Origin: an uncultured delta proteobacterium
GTDB taxonomy: Bacteria > Desulfobacterota > Binatia > UBA9968
Assembly: GCA_963804165.1 (NCBI GenBank)
Contig: CAWDPO010000017.1
Location: 394,178-458,177 of the forward strand
Length of the DNA stretch: 64,000 nt
Direction of reading: 5' to 3'
Positions 20,034-31,609 of the stretch are shown here, one piece after another (position 1 is the first letter of the stretch; every line of letters starts with the position of its first letter). Position numbers and translations under genes: made by a program. A model generated the notes under the pieces. The model worked only from the letters and a program-made list of their open reading frames with translations. It searched no databases and was not told where the DNA came from.

Positions 20034-20999
20034 CTATGCTTGTTGCACCGCCGTCAATTTCCACGAATTCGGACCGACCGGACGGCCGAAGGTCCAGTAT
20101 TCCCCGAATTCGATTGGCTCGGAGTTGCTGCCGGTGACGACGGCGCCGGTCTTGGCATCGACCGTGTAATCGAGGAGATTCGCGTGCAGACGAACGGTGA
20201 TGAAATCTTCACCGTTCTCTGTCCACACTTCGGTGATCTCACTTTCGCGCAGGGCGATATTCTCCATGCGATTTTGCTGGTTGCGCGCGCGCAACTGGCT
20301 CAACTCTTCTTCCCAGGTTTGCATCAACTCGCGGCCGCAAAGCGAGTTTAGAGCCGCGGTATCCTGCTTGTTCCAGGCGCCTTGAACCTTGAAGAAAATA
20401 TCCTGGGCAGTTTTCAGGAAACGATCGGGATCGAAGGTCCGGTCCATCAGCGTCAGAGAGCGATAGTCGATCTGGTCATTTATTGCCGGCGCTTCCTGAG
20501 CGGGTCCGCTTGCGGGAGTGTATTGCGTGTAGGGTTGGCTATTCTGATACTGCATCGAGCCGAAGCCGGACGATGCCACTGCCGAGCCGCGAAACTTGCG
20601 ATAAAGGAAATAGGCCAGGCCGCCGAGCAACAGAATCTCGATCATGCCAAAGCCGCTACCGCCGAAGCCGCCAATGCCGCCAAAACCATGAGCTAAGCCG
20701 GAAAAGAGCATGGAGCCGAGAAATCCGCCCAAGACTGCGGTACCCAAGCCACGCATAAAACCGCCGCTTTGAGGCATCATGCCTGGTTGTTGCCCGGGAG
20801 TCGCCTCGCGTCTTTGCTGCGTCTGGCTTGGCTGTGACGGTCTACTGGGTGAGCTGTAGCTGCGCGAGCCGCGAAAACCGCCCGAGCGGCCGCCGCCGGC
20901 GCGTGCGTCGACGTAACTCTCTAAAACCACTTGCGATAAGCCAATGACGGCGAAAAGGCTAATCGCCATCAGGACTGTTGAGCGTTTTGATATCCACAT
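20034..20999 (-). CDS. Tim44-like domain protein
   Basis: ARAGGGRSGGFRGSRS N-terminus, Gly-rich TM region, FDPDRFL...VQGAW...EYWTF. Confidence 0.9.
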   Translation of the reverse strand: MWISKRSTVLMAISLFAVIGLSQVVLESYVDARAGGGRSGGFRGSRSYSSPSRPSQPSQTQQRREATPGQQPGMMPQSGGFMRGLGTAVLGGFLGSMLFSGLAHGFGGIGGFGGSGFGMIEILLLGGLAYFLYRKFRGSAVASSGFGSMQYQNSQPYTQYTPASGPAQEAPAINDQIDYRSLTLMDRTFDPDRFLKTAQDIFFKVQGAWNKQDTAALNSLCGRELMQTWEEELSQLRARNQQNRMENIALRESEITEVWTENGEDFITVRLHANLLDYTVDAKTGAVVTGSNSEPIEFGEYWTFGRPVGPNSWKLTAVQQA

Positions 21000-21202
21000 A
21001 AGTTTGCCTCCTACGATTAAGACGCAGTCTATGCTGGAAAGAGCTAATGTCAAGCTCGCTGTCAGTTATGTGAATATGCGGTTTCCGACGATTTGACGGG
21101 GCGATCTCCTTTCTCGTATGTATTGAATTCTCGATGCATTTTCTTACCCATCCTTTGTGTCTAGTGGGCTGCGTTGCCGGCCCGAGAAATAGGAGGAGAG
21201 CT

Positions 21203-22218
21203 ATGATATGCAGGTTCCGGCACGTATTTTGGGTCGCGGGTTCGCTGCTGATCGCTTTGCCTGCTGGACCGGTGGTCGCGCAAACCAAAATCACCATCGG
21301 CGTCGCGGCCATGAGCCCGCGCACGATACCGTTGTTGATCGCACAAGAGCAGGGGCTTTTTGCTAAACAAGGCATTGAAGCGCGCATCGTCTTGATCAAA
21401 GGCGCGCCCATTCTCGTCGCCAGTCTCATCTCCGGCGACCTCGAAGTCGGTTACACCGGCGGCACGTCGGTGCTCGGCGCGGCGGCGCAAGGGCCGTACT
21501 TAAAAATCCTCTCCTCGATCTCCAGTAAGCTCACGCATACGATGCTCGCCAATCCGAGTCTCAAGACCGCCGAGCAATTGCGCGGCAAGCGCTTCGGCAT
21601 CCAAAGCATGGGCGGCACCACCTGGATGCACACCATCCTGGGTCTCGAATATGTCGGTCTCGACGTCAAACGCGACCACATCAACATACTGATGATCGGT
21701 GACTCGGTGCTGATCGGCCAGGCGCTGGAGGCCGGCCGGGTGGATGCTGCAGTCCTCGATGGCGTGCTGGCGCGGCGGCTGATCAATAAAGGTTTCTCGG
21801 TGATCGTCGACCTTACTCCCGCGAATATTCCCATGGTCAATCAAGCCGTCGTCGTGGCCCCCGACTTTGTGCAAAAACGCCCGGAGCTCGCCGAACGGAT
21901 TCTAATGGTACTGGTGGATAGCCTCGCGTATACGCTTGCGCCGATGAACAAGAGCGTCGTGGTCAAAACTATCATGCGGCGCCTCCAGATCGACGACCCA
22001 AAGGTCAGCGAGGAAGGTTATCAGGATCTCATGACGAGCATCGAGCGCAAGCCGTTTCCTTCGCTCGAAGGGCTGCGCAATATTCGCCGGCTTATGGCGA
22101 CGCAAAATCCCAAAGCCGCGAACGTCAAGGTCGAGGATCTGATCGACGCGCGGATCATCCGCAAGCTCGATGAGAACGGGTATATCATAAGGTCGCCGCG
22201 GGTTATGGGCTGAAGTAA
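21203..22218 (+). CDS. SsuA/THI5-family SBP (frameshift near 3' end)
   Basis: IAQEQGLFAKQGIE, QLRGKRFGI. Confidence 0.85.
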
Positions 22219-22291
22219 AGATCGAAGGATTGGGAGACCGGATTCATAAATCTTACGGGACTTCCGTGCGGCGTGCGCGAATGCATAATGC

Positions 22292-22340
22292 ATCTAACGC
22301 AAGTCTGTCGCGACGGCTTCCGCTCATCGAATGATTCGGC
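22292..22340 (-). other. Degenerate attC-like site
   Basis: Minus strand, right after HIT stop: GCCGAAT-CATTCGATGAGCGG...-GTTAGAT. Confidence 0.5.
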
Positions 22341-22341
22341 T

Positions 22342-22768
22342 TTATACTTCCAGCGCCTCGCATATTTTTGCAGCGGCTTCCTCAATTGCCTCACGCGCTG
22401 GCCGGTGATTGTAGCTTTCCGAGAATCGAAGACCAAACCCATCGCCAGTGAAGCGGGGAATCACACGGAGATGAGCGTGAAAAACCTCTTGCATCGCCGC
22501 CTCACCGTCTGCGAAAAATAAGTTTACGCCCTCGCAACGCAGACCGCTCTTCCGAAGGGCTGCGCTAACCGTCTGCGCGACAGCGAACATCCTGCTTCCG
22601 ATATCGGCTCGCAGATCCGCCAGACCCACGAAGTGTTGTACAGGGACAATGAGCGCATGCCCGGGATTGACCGGTCGGAATGTCCATAAACGCTGCGACT
22701 CGGTCGTCAGCGTAAATGAACGTTGCTTCCAACTTTCCGGTCAGTGTGTCGCAGAATATGCACTGCAT
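22342..22768 (-). CDS. HIT family protein (frameshifted; motif reads HAHLR)
   Basis: CIFCD...AFMDI, QEVFHAHLRVIPRF. Confidence 0.8.
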
Positions 22769-22871
22769 GGCATTCTACTCCGGCGATCGCGCGCCTGCAG
22801 GGTCGCCGCGTGCTTCGCTGGGTTCGTTCCGAGGTGTGGCTAGGCGCTTCGAGTGACTACAGTACGGAGAT

Positions 22872-23603
22872 TCAATCGACGACAAACGCATGGTCGGCGT
22901 ACTTGATCCTGCCGGGCATGAGCACCTCGGCGTACACTCCGAAGTGCGATTCGGCGCGAGCAATACTCCTCAATATTCTTGGATCGGCCGGCAGATCGGT
23001 TTGTGAGAGCTCCACCATAACGCAACGCTCCGTGAGATCTCTTACCCGCAGCCTGACCTCATCGCCAATGCAAAGCGTCTTGCCGAGCCAGCCTTGTTCG
23101 ACCTGCGTCTCCCCCGGCACATCGATCAACAGATTGGGCCGAAACCGACGGTCATCGACACGCGCCTCTGGCAGCACCGTCCGCAGCCAGGCGAGGGACG
23201 CGGTCGTAAGGAGGTGAAGAGGCCCGGCGTCGAGATGTGAGATACCACCCTCAGGAGTAAGTGTGACCGGCTGACCTAAAGTATCGGAGAGCGCGGCGTG
23301 TATGTCAGGATCATCTCCCAGCATGCTGCGGCCGTTTGGGAAGGTGATTCTCGGGAGATCGCCATCGTAAGCGGCACGGAAAGCGAAGAGTCCGTCGATC
23401 TGCCGAAACCGATGAGTAGTCTTGCCGCTTCCAAACTTTCCATCGACATCACGAACTGCGAAGACGCGATCGCCATCGACGCCGCGCTCATTTACAATGA
23501 TGTGGTCGCACTCTTCACCGAGCATCGACTTCACAGGGTAGCGCCAGAGCCTGACGACTCTTCCCGTCACATCACCGTATCCTGCTGGGTTTCTCGGTTT
23601 CAT
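22872..23603 (-). CDS. MOSC domain protein
   Basis: LWRYPVKSMLGE, GDR, RRFRPNLLI, RCVMV. Confidence 0.9.
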   Translation of the reverse strand: MKPRNPAGYGDVTGRVVRLWRYPVKSMLGEECDHIIVNERGVDGDRVFAVRDVDGKFGSGKTTHRFRQIDGLFAFRAAYDGDLPRITFPNGRSMLGDDPDIHAALSDTLGQPVTLTPEGGISHLDAGPLHLLTTASLAWLRTVLPEARVDDRRFRPNLLIDVPGETQVEQGWLGKTLCIGDEVRLRVRDLTERCVMVELSQTDLPADPRILRSIARAESHFGVYAEVLMPGRIKYADHAFVVD

Positions 23604-23720
23604 GACACCTTAACCGCTGGCGAGTCCTCTTTGGGAAACAGCCGCTGTCCAATGCCATGGGCTTCGTCTAAGTTCATAGTTACATCCAAGAAGCGGTTCG
23701 CGAAGTGGAACGCTTTGAGA

Positions 23721-25674
23721 TCACTGCGTAGCGCTGCTGGGTTTGCGCGTCGGCGATATTGCGGGAACCGCTTTGCCGCGCTCCCAAACAATTAGACTCA
23801 CGCCCAACACTAGGCCGGCGGCGTCGGCGATCAGCCATGCGCCGTGCCAGGTGGGGAGCATGAGCAGCAGGCCGGCTAAACAGAATAGGCTGCGCTTAAA
23901 CCAATCCAGCGGACGAAAGAGAAAGCCGGCGCAGCCGACGGCGAGCAAGAAAGTTCCAATGGACGTGGCAATGACGGCGAGAACTATCTCGCCGAGCGTG
24001 CCTTTCAAAATCAGCGCTGGATGGAGCGCAAAGACAAACGGAACCACATAGGCGGCGATGCCGAGGCGCATGCCGGTCCAACCGGTTTTCCAGAAATCCG
24101 AGCCAGCGATGGCCGCCGCCGTGTACGTCGCCAGGCAGTCGGGCGGGGTGATGAGGGACAGCATGCCGAAGTAAAAAAGAAACAGATGCGCGGCTAGCGG
24201 ATCGATACCGAGCTGGGCTAGCGCGGGCCCGACGAGAACGGCGAGGGTGATGTAGACGACCGCGGTGGGTAGGGACATGCCGAGAAGAATGCAAACGACG
24301 GCGGTTAACGCCAACAGGGCCAGCACGTTGCCGCCCGAGAGACTTACCAATATAAGCGACAATTTGAAGGTCAGACCGGATAATTGGAGCGCACCGATGA
24401 CAAGCCCGGCCAACGACGTGATGACGACGATATCGAGCAAAGTACGCCCGGTTTCTTCGATACTGGTAATGATTTTTCCGAGGGTCGGGCGGGTGTCTTT
24501 CTGCAAGGCGCCGACTAAAAATGTAAGAATTACGGTTGCGATGCCCGCCTTGCCTGCTTCCCAGTTAAGAAACATCAGGACGTAGATTAAAAAACCAAGC
24601 GGAAATATGAAGACCCAGCCGATGCGCATGATGCCGCGAAATTTTGGAATCTGGTCCGCCGGCAGACCGCCGAGGCCATGCTTGGCCGCCTCGAGATCGA
24701 CTTGGGTAAACAGAGCCAGATAATAGAGCGGGCCGGAACAGATGGCCGCGAGCGCGACTTGGCCGTAGGGAATATTCAAAAATTCCGCAATGAGAAAAGC
24801 CGCTGCGCCCATCACCGGCGGCGTGATTTGCCCGCCGTTCGATGCGACGGCTTCTATCGCCGCCGCCACGTGCGCGGGATAGCCGGTTCGTTTCATCAGC
24901 GGGATCGTGATCGCCCCGTCCACCGCCACATTGGCGACAGCACTACCGGAAACTGTGCCGAACAGCGCCGAAGAGACTACCGAGACTTTGGCCGGACCGC
25001 CGCGGTATTTCCCCATGGCAATGAGTGCGATGTCGGTGATGAACTTGTCGCCGCCAACCGCATAGAGGGCCTGGCCGAAAAAAATAAAGGCAATGACGAC
25101 GCTGGCTGCGACCGTGAGAGGCACGCCCAAAAGCGCATTGGAATCAAGATAGAGATAACTTGCAATGCGTAACCACGAGGCGCCTTTCGCGGCCAAGAAG
25201 ACCGGGAAAAAAATCTGCGAATTTCGCATAGAAAATACACGCAAGCCCGACCCAAACGAGGGGCCATCCCGCAACGCGCCGCGTCGCTTCCAAGATTAGA
25301 AGAATTGCCAAAATGCCCAAAATCCAGCGCTCCGGCGATAAAACGCCGAGGCGGTAGGCGATGGATGGATACATCACCATAATGAATCCGCCGGTGACCA
25401 GACAGCCGAAAAAGCAAAACCAGTCGTTCCAAGGAACACTGTCGCCGCGCTCGTCACTCCGGCGTTTGACGCGCAGAAACACGCCGGCCATGCCGAACGC
25501 AAAAAAGAAACCGAGAAACTGTTCCTTGAAAAAAGTAAGATTTAAATAAACGTGAAGCTCGCCGGCCCACGCCGCCGACACCAAGGTGAGAGCGATGACG
25601 ATTATTTTCTCGAGGATCCGGACACCGCCGGTCAACGGACGAAACTTAGTGGCGGGATTAAAATCGTCGCTCAT
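23721..25674 (-). CDS. TRAP transporter fused 4TM/12TM permease (frameshift ~25190)
   Basis: GGPAKVSVVSSALFGTVSGSAVANV, EAVASNGGQITPPVMGAAAF. Confidence 0.9.
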
Positions 25675-25781
25675 TTCTTAAGATCGAACCGTTTCAATCG
25701 TTCAGTCGTTCAAAACGTTCAAACCGTATTCGGAACGAAGTCCCTTTCGTCCCGTGGAGTCTTTGGCGCGAGCCGCGGTTG

Positions 25782-26822
25782 TCAGCGGTTGAGCGCGAGA
25801 AGCCGGTTCTGTGTTTCGTCCATCTTTGCCGACCAAGCACCATTGTCCTTGAAATATCGGATGGCCGCGGGATGATAGGGAGCGTCACTCGGCGTCGACG
25901 GCTCGCGCTTTCGTCCATTCCGCAAAGCCCGGATGGAATTGGCGGAAGCTTGTCGACATTCACCCATATCGCTTGCAGGACGTTGCGTACCACCGCGTCG
26001 GGCAGCGCTTTGTGGCCAACCAGATAGATATCGTAGGTGTACACGCAAGTGTCCTCGACGATGCCGGTGGAGGAGCCGGCTTTGACGACGGACAGATAGT
26101 AACCCGGCACCGCTTTTTTTATGCGCGCTTCGCCCTGCTTCGAGCAGTCGAGAGGAATATAACGGATACCTATTGCGGCATCGGCTTCTTTCATTTTCGC
26201 CATGCCGATCGCGCGCGTGGTGACGTCGGCGCGACCCTGAACCAGCGCGTCGACGCCTTCGTTGACGGCTGGAACGGGCACGACTTTAACATCATTCCAC
26301 GTGAGTCCGCCGTTGGAGAGGGCGCCGAAGACGTTGTACCAGACGGCAAGTTGGGCAGGATATTCGCCGGTCACGCGTTTCCCTTTGACATCGTCGATGG
26401 TCTTGATCGGCGAATCTTTGCGCACAATCAGGCTGCTGCGCAGCGGCGAGCCGCGCATGATCAAACGCGAGCTGGCGACATGAGGAAAGGGGTTTTTTCC
26501 TCCGGCTTTGAGCCTCTGGCCCTGGTACACCATGCCCATATCGACCGCATTCACCACGCCGAAGTCGAGCTCGCCGCTATCTAACAAGCGGCACGAAGGT
26601 GCTGGTGCCGGCGTAGTGGTTGAACTTGCGCCTGTATCGGCGACGCTTCGCTGACCACTTTGGCCAAGCCGCTGGCCAGAGCATAGAAAAGCGAGCCGGG
26701 CGGGTTGGTGCCGATCGTGATGGATTTGGGAAGCTGCTGTGCCTGTGCCGGGCCGCAGCTGGAGGAGTAGTGACACCAGTAGCGAAGCCAAAAGAAGCGC
26801 CGATGTTCCATCTCGTTTTCAT
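25782..26822 (-). CDS. TAXI family TRAP solute receptor (several frameshifts)
   Basis: ITIGTNPPGSLFY, DVKGKRVTGEY, HPAAIRYFK; paralog of 26888. Confidence 0.85.
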
Positions 26823-26887
26823 CGAATCTCCTCTTTCACCCAAGAAATCTATTTTTCATTTTTTGCCGCAGTCATTGAAGCGCCGGC

Positions 26888-27916
26888 TCACGGATTGAGC
26901 GCCAGAAGTTTCTTCTGTGCTTCGTCCATCTTTGCCGACCAGATTCCTTTTTCCTTGTAGAACTGCACGGCTGCCGGATGATACGCCACCGTCACGTCGG
27001 CTGAGGCCGCGCGTTCGCGCGTCCATTCTTTGAATTGCGGATTTAACGGCGGAAGCTTTTCAATATTGTCCCAGATCGCCTTCAGCGTCGCTTGCACGAC
27101 TTCGCCCCGCAGCGCTTTGTGGCCGACAAAGTAGATGTCGTAGGTAAGCACACAAGTGTCGGCGACAACGCCCGGCGACGTTCCCGGCTTGATCGTGGTG
27201 AGATAGTAACCCGGCACCGCTTTCTTGACGCGCTCTTCGCCCTGGGGCGAACAGTCCAACGAAATATAACGGACACCCGTCGAAGCGTCGGCTTCACGTA
27301 CCTTGGCGGCGCCGATCGCATGATTGGTGACGTCGGCGCGCCCTTGAACGATCGCATCGACGCCATCGTTGACGGCGGGAACCGGCACGACTTTAACATC
27401 GTCCCAGGTATATCCGGCGCTCGCGAGGCCGGCGTAGAGATGAAACCAGATGGCGACGTTGGCCGGATATTCTCCGGTCATGCGTTTGCCCTTGACGTCG
27501 TGGACGGTCTTGATCGGAGAATCTTTTTTGACGACCATGCTCACCGACAATGGCGAGCCGCGCATGATCAATCTCGTGTTTGGCACATGCGGCAGCGGAT
27601 TTTTGCCGCCCACTTTCAATCGAGCCGGTCCCTGGAACGACAGGCCCATTTCGATGGCATTGACGATGCCAAAATCGATCTCGCCATTGTCGAGTAGCGG
27701 CAAAAAAGTGCTGCTGCCGGTATAGGGCTGAATGCCCGCTTGAAAGGGCGCGCCGCCGCTGATGACACTCGCCAGACCGCCGGCGACGGGATAAAAAACC
27801 GTCCCCGCCGGATTGGTGCCGATCGTTACGACTTGGGGCTGCTGGGCCTGAGGCAGAACCAAATCAGAAACAATAGCGCGATCAGAATCAAAGCCAGTGC
27901 TCCATTGCGCGCGCAT
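26888..27916 (-). CDS. TAXI family TRAP solute receptor
   Basis: VTIGTNPAGTVFY, YHPAAVQFYKEKG. Confidence 0.9.
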   Translation of the reverse strand: MRAQWSTGFDSDRAIVSDLVLPQAQQPQVVTIGTNPAGTVFYPVAGGLASVISGGAPFQAGIQPYTGSSTFLPLLDNGEIDFGIVNAIEMGLSFQGPARLKVGGKNPLPHVPNTRLIMRGSPLSVSMVVKKDSPIKTVHDVKGKRMTGEYPANVAIWFHLYAGLASAGYTWDDVKVVPVPAVNDGVDAIVQGRADVTNHAIGAAKVREADASTGVRYISLDCSPQGEERVKKAVPGYYLTTIKPGTSPGVVADTCVLTYDIYFVGHKALRGEVVQATLKAIWDNIEKLPPLNPQFKEWTRERAASADVTVAYHPAAVQFYKEKGIWSAKMDEAQKKLLALNP

Positions 27917-28003
27917 ATGGCTACCTCCTTTATAGGGCGGTCAATCTAATCCCAGCCATAGTTTGTGTCAACGGATAGATGGCACTAAAGAAACTCGGAA
28001 GAA

Positions 28004-28121
28004 TTCACCGCAGAGACGCCGAGACCGGAGGGGAAAGCATGCCTTGCCCCTAAATCTATTTCCCTCGCGTCCTCAGCGTCCGCTCAGCAAACCTGATCCT
28101 CCTTCGGCGGCTCCGCGGTGA
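28004..28121. repeat. Composite palindromic intergenic repeat
   Basis: TCACCGCAGAGACGCCGAG...TTCGGCGGCTCCGCGGTGA arms. Confidence 0.6.
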
Positions 28122-28135
28122 TTCTTTCTCGTTCT

Positions 28136-29217
28136 TCAAGGAAGCGTCGCTCCGAGATGCTTCGCAAGAAAATCACCGATGGCCGGACGGTAGCGGAACG
28201 GCATGTTGTTGCAAACGTGATTGCCGCCTTCGAGCAAGAGCCACTCTTTAGGGCCCGAGGCTTCGTCATAAATCCGTTTCGCCTGCTCCACCGGCACGAA
28301 ATCTTTGTCGCCGTGGACGACCAAGAGCGGGCAGCGAATTTTCGACGCCAACCCTTCGAGCGTGCAGCGGCTGTGCAGTTCGACTAATTTCTGTTTGTCG
28401 TAGACCTTCCAGATATGCGCGATGCGCGCGAACTCGAAAGGATCTTCGAGACGATTGAGCACGCGGGTGCGATCGTACATGCCGCCGGCGAAGGCGCAGG
28501 CTTTGATGCGCGTGTCGCAAGCGGCGGAGCGCGGCGCGAGATAGCCGCCCATGCTCGGTCCGAAGACGCCGATGCGGCTGGCGTCGACTTCGGGCAATTT
28601 TTCGAGGTAATCGATCACGGCCGAAGTCGCGCGCTCGAACTCGACGATGAGTCCGCCTTGAAACCAGCTCTCACCCTGGCCCGGCCCATCGAAAGTGAAA
28701 GTCGCCATGCCGCGGCGCAGAAACCGTCCTCCATCGTGCGCGCTTCTTCCTTGGTCGACTCCAAACCCGAGATGATCATGACCACGGGCGGTTTGGTGAT
28801 TCCCGCCGGCACGCGTAGGTAGGATGCCATGCGAAAATTTTCAAACGGCACTTCGTGGCGCACTGCCGGCGGATTCAAATACGGCGCCGCCTTGGCGTAA
28901 CACTCGACGCGCTTCTTCGCCGCGGGAACATACTCGTCAAGATTTTGCGGCGAGTTGTTGCAACCGAAGTGATAGGCCATGGACGCCATTAAGTATGCCT
29001 CGGTGGCGCTTTCCCGATTGCCCGCCGATTCGGCTTTACGCGCAAACTCTTCATGTCCGGCAGCGGTCACGCACCATTCCCGGCACCAGTCGTCCCAAGT
29101 CCCAATGCGCTCACCAGTCGTCATCAGATCGTTGTAATCGATCCCCTGAACGATCATGCGCGGTGCCCAGGTTTTCAGAACGTGATCGACGGTCGGATCG
29201 GGATGATTGGTGAGCAT
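28136..29217 (-). CDS. Alpha/beta hydrolase, 2,6-dihydropseudooxynicotine hydrolase-like (frameshift ~28715)
   Basis: GLESTKEE, FDGPGQGE, GPSMGGY, GGNHVCNN. Confidence 0.85.
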
Positions 29218-29334
29218 TGGACTGCCTCCTTGTTTGATAGGTGTAAGTTGCGCTCTGCTTTTCCGTGATCGAGTCTTACGCCGCAAAGGTAATCGATTGC
29301 AACCTGCCCCCGTTCGCAGGTGCAGCCGGCTACT

Positions 29335-30083
29335 TCATTTCTTCTCTCAGCAAGTTTTTGCTTTAATAGTTCGAGAGAATCCGGTCCGTCCAAGACTCTC
29401 ACCGAGGCAGAAGCGGTCAATGTCCTTCCCTGAGCAACTGCAGGATCGGGCTGGAACACGGCTTTTAGATCATACACTCCTGGTGGATTACTGATATAAA
29501 ACTCATCAAAATAAGTTCGCGTTCCCCGTAATCTAGCGCTCTCGTTCATTGCGCCGGCTCCAGAGAACCCAGATGCTGAGGCCAGCTCCCTAAGCTGACT
29601 GGTAAATTGGTCGAGCCTGTTCTGCCTGACACTCTCCGGCTCAAGGATATCGATCGAAACCGATAAATAATGAATTCCCTTGCCATACCCTTGCCCGGAC
29701 GAAAATATACGAATCGGCAGCAGTTCCCATTCGTTTGTACCGACCCGCCTCACCTCCAGTGAAACAGTAGGTCCAGGCCTCTCTTTGAAAAAATCGGGAT
29801 GTTGATTAGTTGCACGAATCGATAACGGACTATAGTCGATGCCTGGGGAAACTCGGTAAGGAACGTTGGTTACAAACTGAATCTGAAACTCCAGGCGCTC
29901 CGCTCTTTTGAGAGTGACGGGACTGTGCGGCAATTTCGCTCTTTGGTTATTTCCCTCGCTGAACTTGAGAGACAGATACGGTGCGGAAGAGGCAGATTGT
30001 GGGAATCCAGCTTTGACACTAGCGCTGCAGAAAGCAATCACTAGCGTTCCGTAAATCAACCTTTTCAAAAACTTAAAACTCAT
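29335..30083 (-). CDS. Hypothetical exported protein (cassette-like)
   Basis: Signal peptide, lower GC; ORF reads on to 29175 into the next gene, so the true stop is probably ~29335 after an indel. Confidence 0.6.
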
Positions 30084-30107
30084 TTGTTTCTCGGGTCCTT
30101 ACACCGC

Positions 30108-30170
30108 ATCTAAACGTTTCGGCTGAGCGGCTCAGTCTCCTAAGTTTCCGCTCAAAGCTGGTGGTTCGGC
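30108..30170 (-). other. attC-like integron recombination site
   Basis: Minus strand: GCCGAAC...TTGAGCGG...CCGCTCAG...GTTTAGAT, ~10 nt after the ModA-like stop. Confidence 0.75.
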
Positions 30171-30179
30171 GTCGCGTAC

Positions 30180-30934
30180 CTATTCGACGCCGGTTGCAGC
30201 AAATGCCGCCTTGGCGGCCGAAGTCATCAGAAAACTGATGAACGCTTTGGCCGCCTGTGGAGACTTGGCACTGGTCATCGGAGCTGCGGCGTAGACAATG
30301 TGACTTTGGATTTCCGCGGGGAGCGGCCCCACTAGCTTTAGACCTTTGGTTGCGATGATCTGCGTTATTGTGCCCACGCCGATGTCGTTGCCCGTCCCTT
30401 GAAGAATGCGCTCAAACACAACTGGAGGATCGACGCGAATAATCTTCGTTTTCACTGTGTCGGCAATGTTGAGACGATCGAGAACTTGGCGAAGTAATTG
30501 CCTGACGCGACGTTGTTGAAGACGATCGAATCAGCGTTCAGCAGTGTCTGCTTGAGCGCCTCAGTTGTGGTGATAGCGGTACCGGGGGCGTCGGCACGTG
30601 CGGTCAGGCCAAAGCCAACGCGCCCGATCACGGGGTGTTCGCCACGGACCACTTTTCCAACTTTAAAGAGTTCCTCGATGAAATTTGGCTGAATGATCAG
30701 GACGTCAGCGACTTCACCGTCTGCTACCTTCTTGTGCACGACCGGTGAAGTCCCAAAGGTAAACTCAACGTGGTGCCCGGTATCGCGACGGAACGCTTCG
30801 CCAATCTGGATCAATGCCGGCCGAAGGGGGCCGTCGCTCAGAACCTTGATCTTTTCTTGTGCATGAACCGACGGCTGTGCCGTCACGAGCCCAAGGGCGC
30901 AAACCACCGCTAGGACGTAAGCGCTCTTGTTCAT
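30180..30934 (-). CDS. ModA-like substrate-binding protein (frameshift ~30480)
   Basis: FRRDTGHHVEFTFGTS...GEVADV, VGPLPAEIQSHIVYAAA. Confidence 0.85.
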
Positions 30935-30950
30935 CGCTGTGCCTTTCTGT

Positions 30951-31002
30951 GACGTCGAACCAGCCCCGATCGGCTTTGTCCGCTGAAGCGGGATGGTTAG
31001 GC
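30951..31002 (-). other. Shortened attC-like site
   Basis: Minus strand: GCCTAAC-CATCCCGCTTCAGCGGAC...-GTTCGACGTC just before the ModA-like RBS. Confidence 0.6.
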
Positions 31003-31110
31003 GGCGCCGATGGCCCTACAAGTGTACAGCTCTATCCCAGCACTCCATCAGGATCTTCATGAAATCTCCTTCACGGACAGCCGCGCGGATTGCCTTGCCG
31101 GTGATTGGAC

Positions 31111-31506
31111 TTATCCCCTTTTTCTCCCTGAGTCCTCATCATCTTCCGGCATGTCATTCTCCTGCGTGTCCTCAGCCGCTTCGCGATCTGCATAAAACTT
31201 AATCCATGCAGCAAGATGTTCGAGCAACTCGGGCGGAATTTTGTCTTTGTCCAAGACGCCGGTGACGATCGCGTGCGCGACCGGCGCTTCGAGGTGATTC
31301 GTGTTGTATTTCACAAAGAGCTCACGCGGCGGACCTTGATGAAACTTATGAATGAGATTGCTAAGCTCCGAGCTGGTGTTGTCGCCGCGCTTCCAACGAT
31401 CGAACGCCTCAGCCAGCGGTACAAGCGCCCGTCGCAGTTCCTCTTCATGAGCCTCTCCCGCCCACGTCCTAAGAAGCCTCTTCAGCCGCTTTGGGATCTC
31501 TGTCAT
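31111..31506 (-). CDS. Hypothetical protein
   Basis: 131 aa ORF with helical, protein-like composition (KRLKRLLRTWAGEAHEEEL...). Confidence 0.7.
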   Translation of the reverse strand: MTEIPKRLKRLLRTWAGEAHEEELRRALVPLAEAFDRWKRGDNTSSELSNLIHKFHQGPPRELFVKYNTNHLEAPVAHAIVTGVLDKDKIPPELLEHLAAWIKFYADREAAEDTQENDMPEDDEDSGRKRG

Positions 31507-31609
31507 AAATTCTAGTTCGTGTGGCCAGCAAGCTTAGCCGCTGTAGGAGTCTGGAGTATTGGGGTTAAATTCATCACTCCATTACTCCATCATTCCAGTA
31601 CTCCAATCT

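Noticed and set aside
22460-22480. HIT motif HAHLR as a novel catalytic variant
   Set aside because: A single CAT-to-CGT change in an already frameshifted gene; error or decay is more likely.
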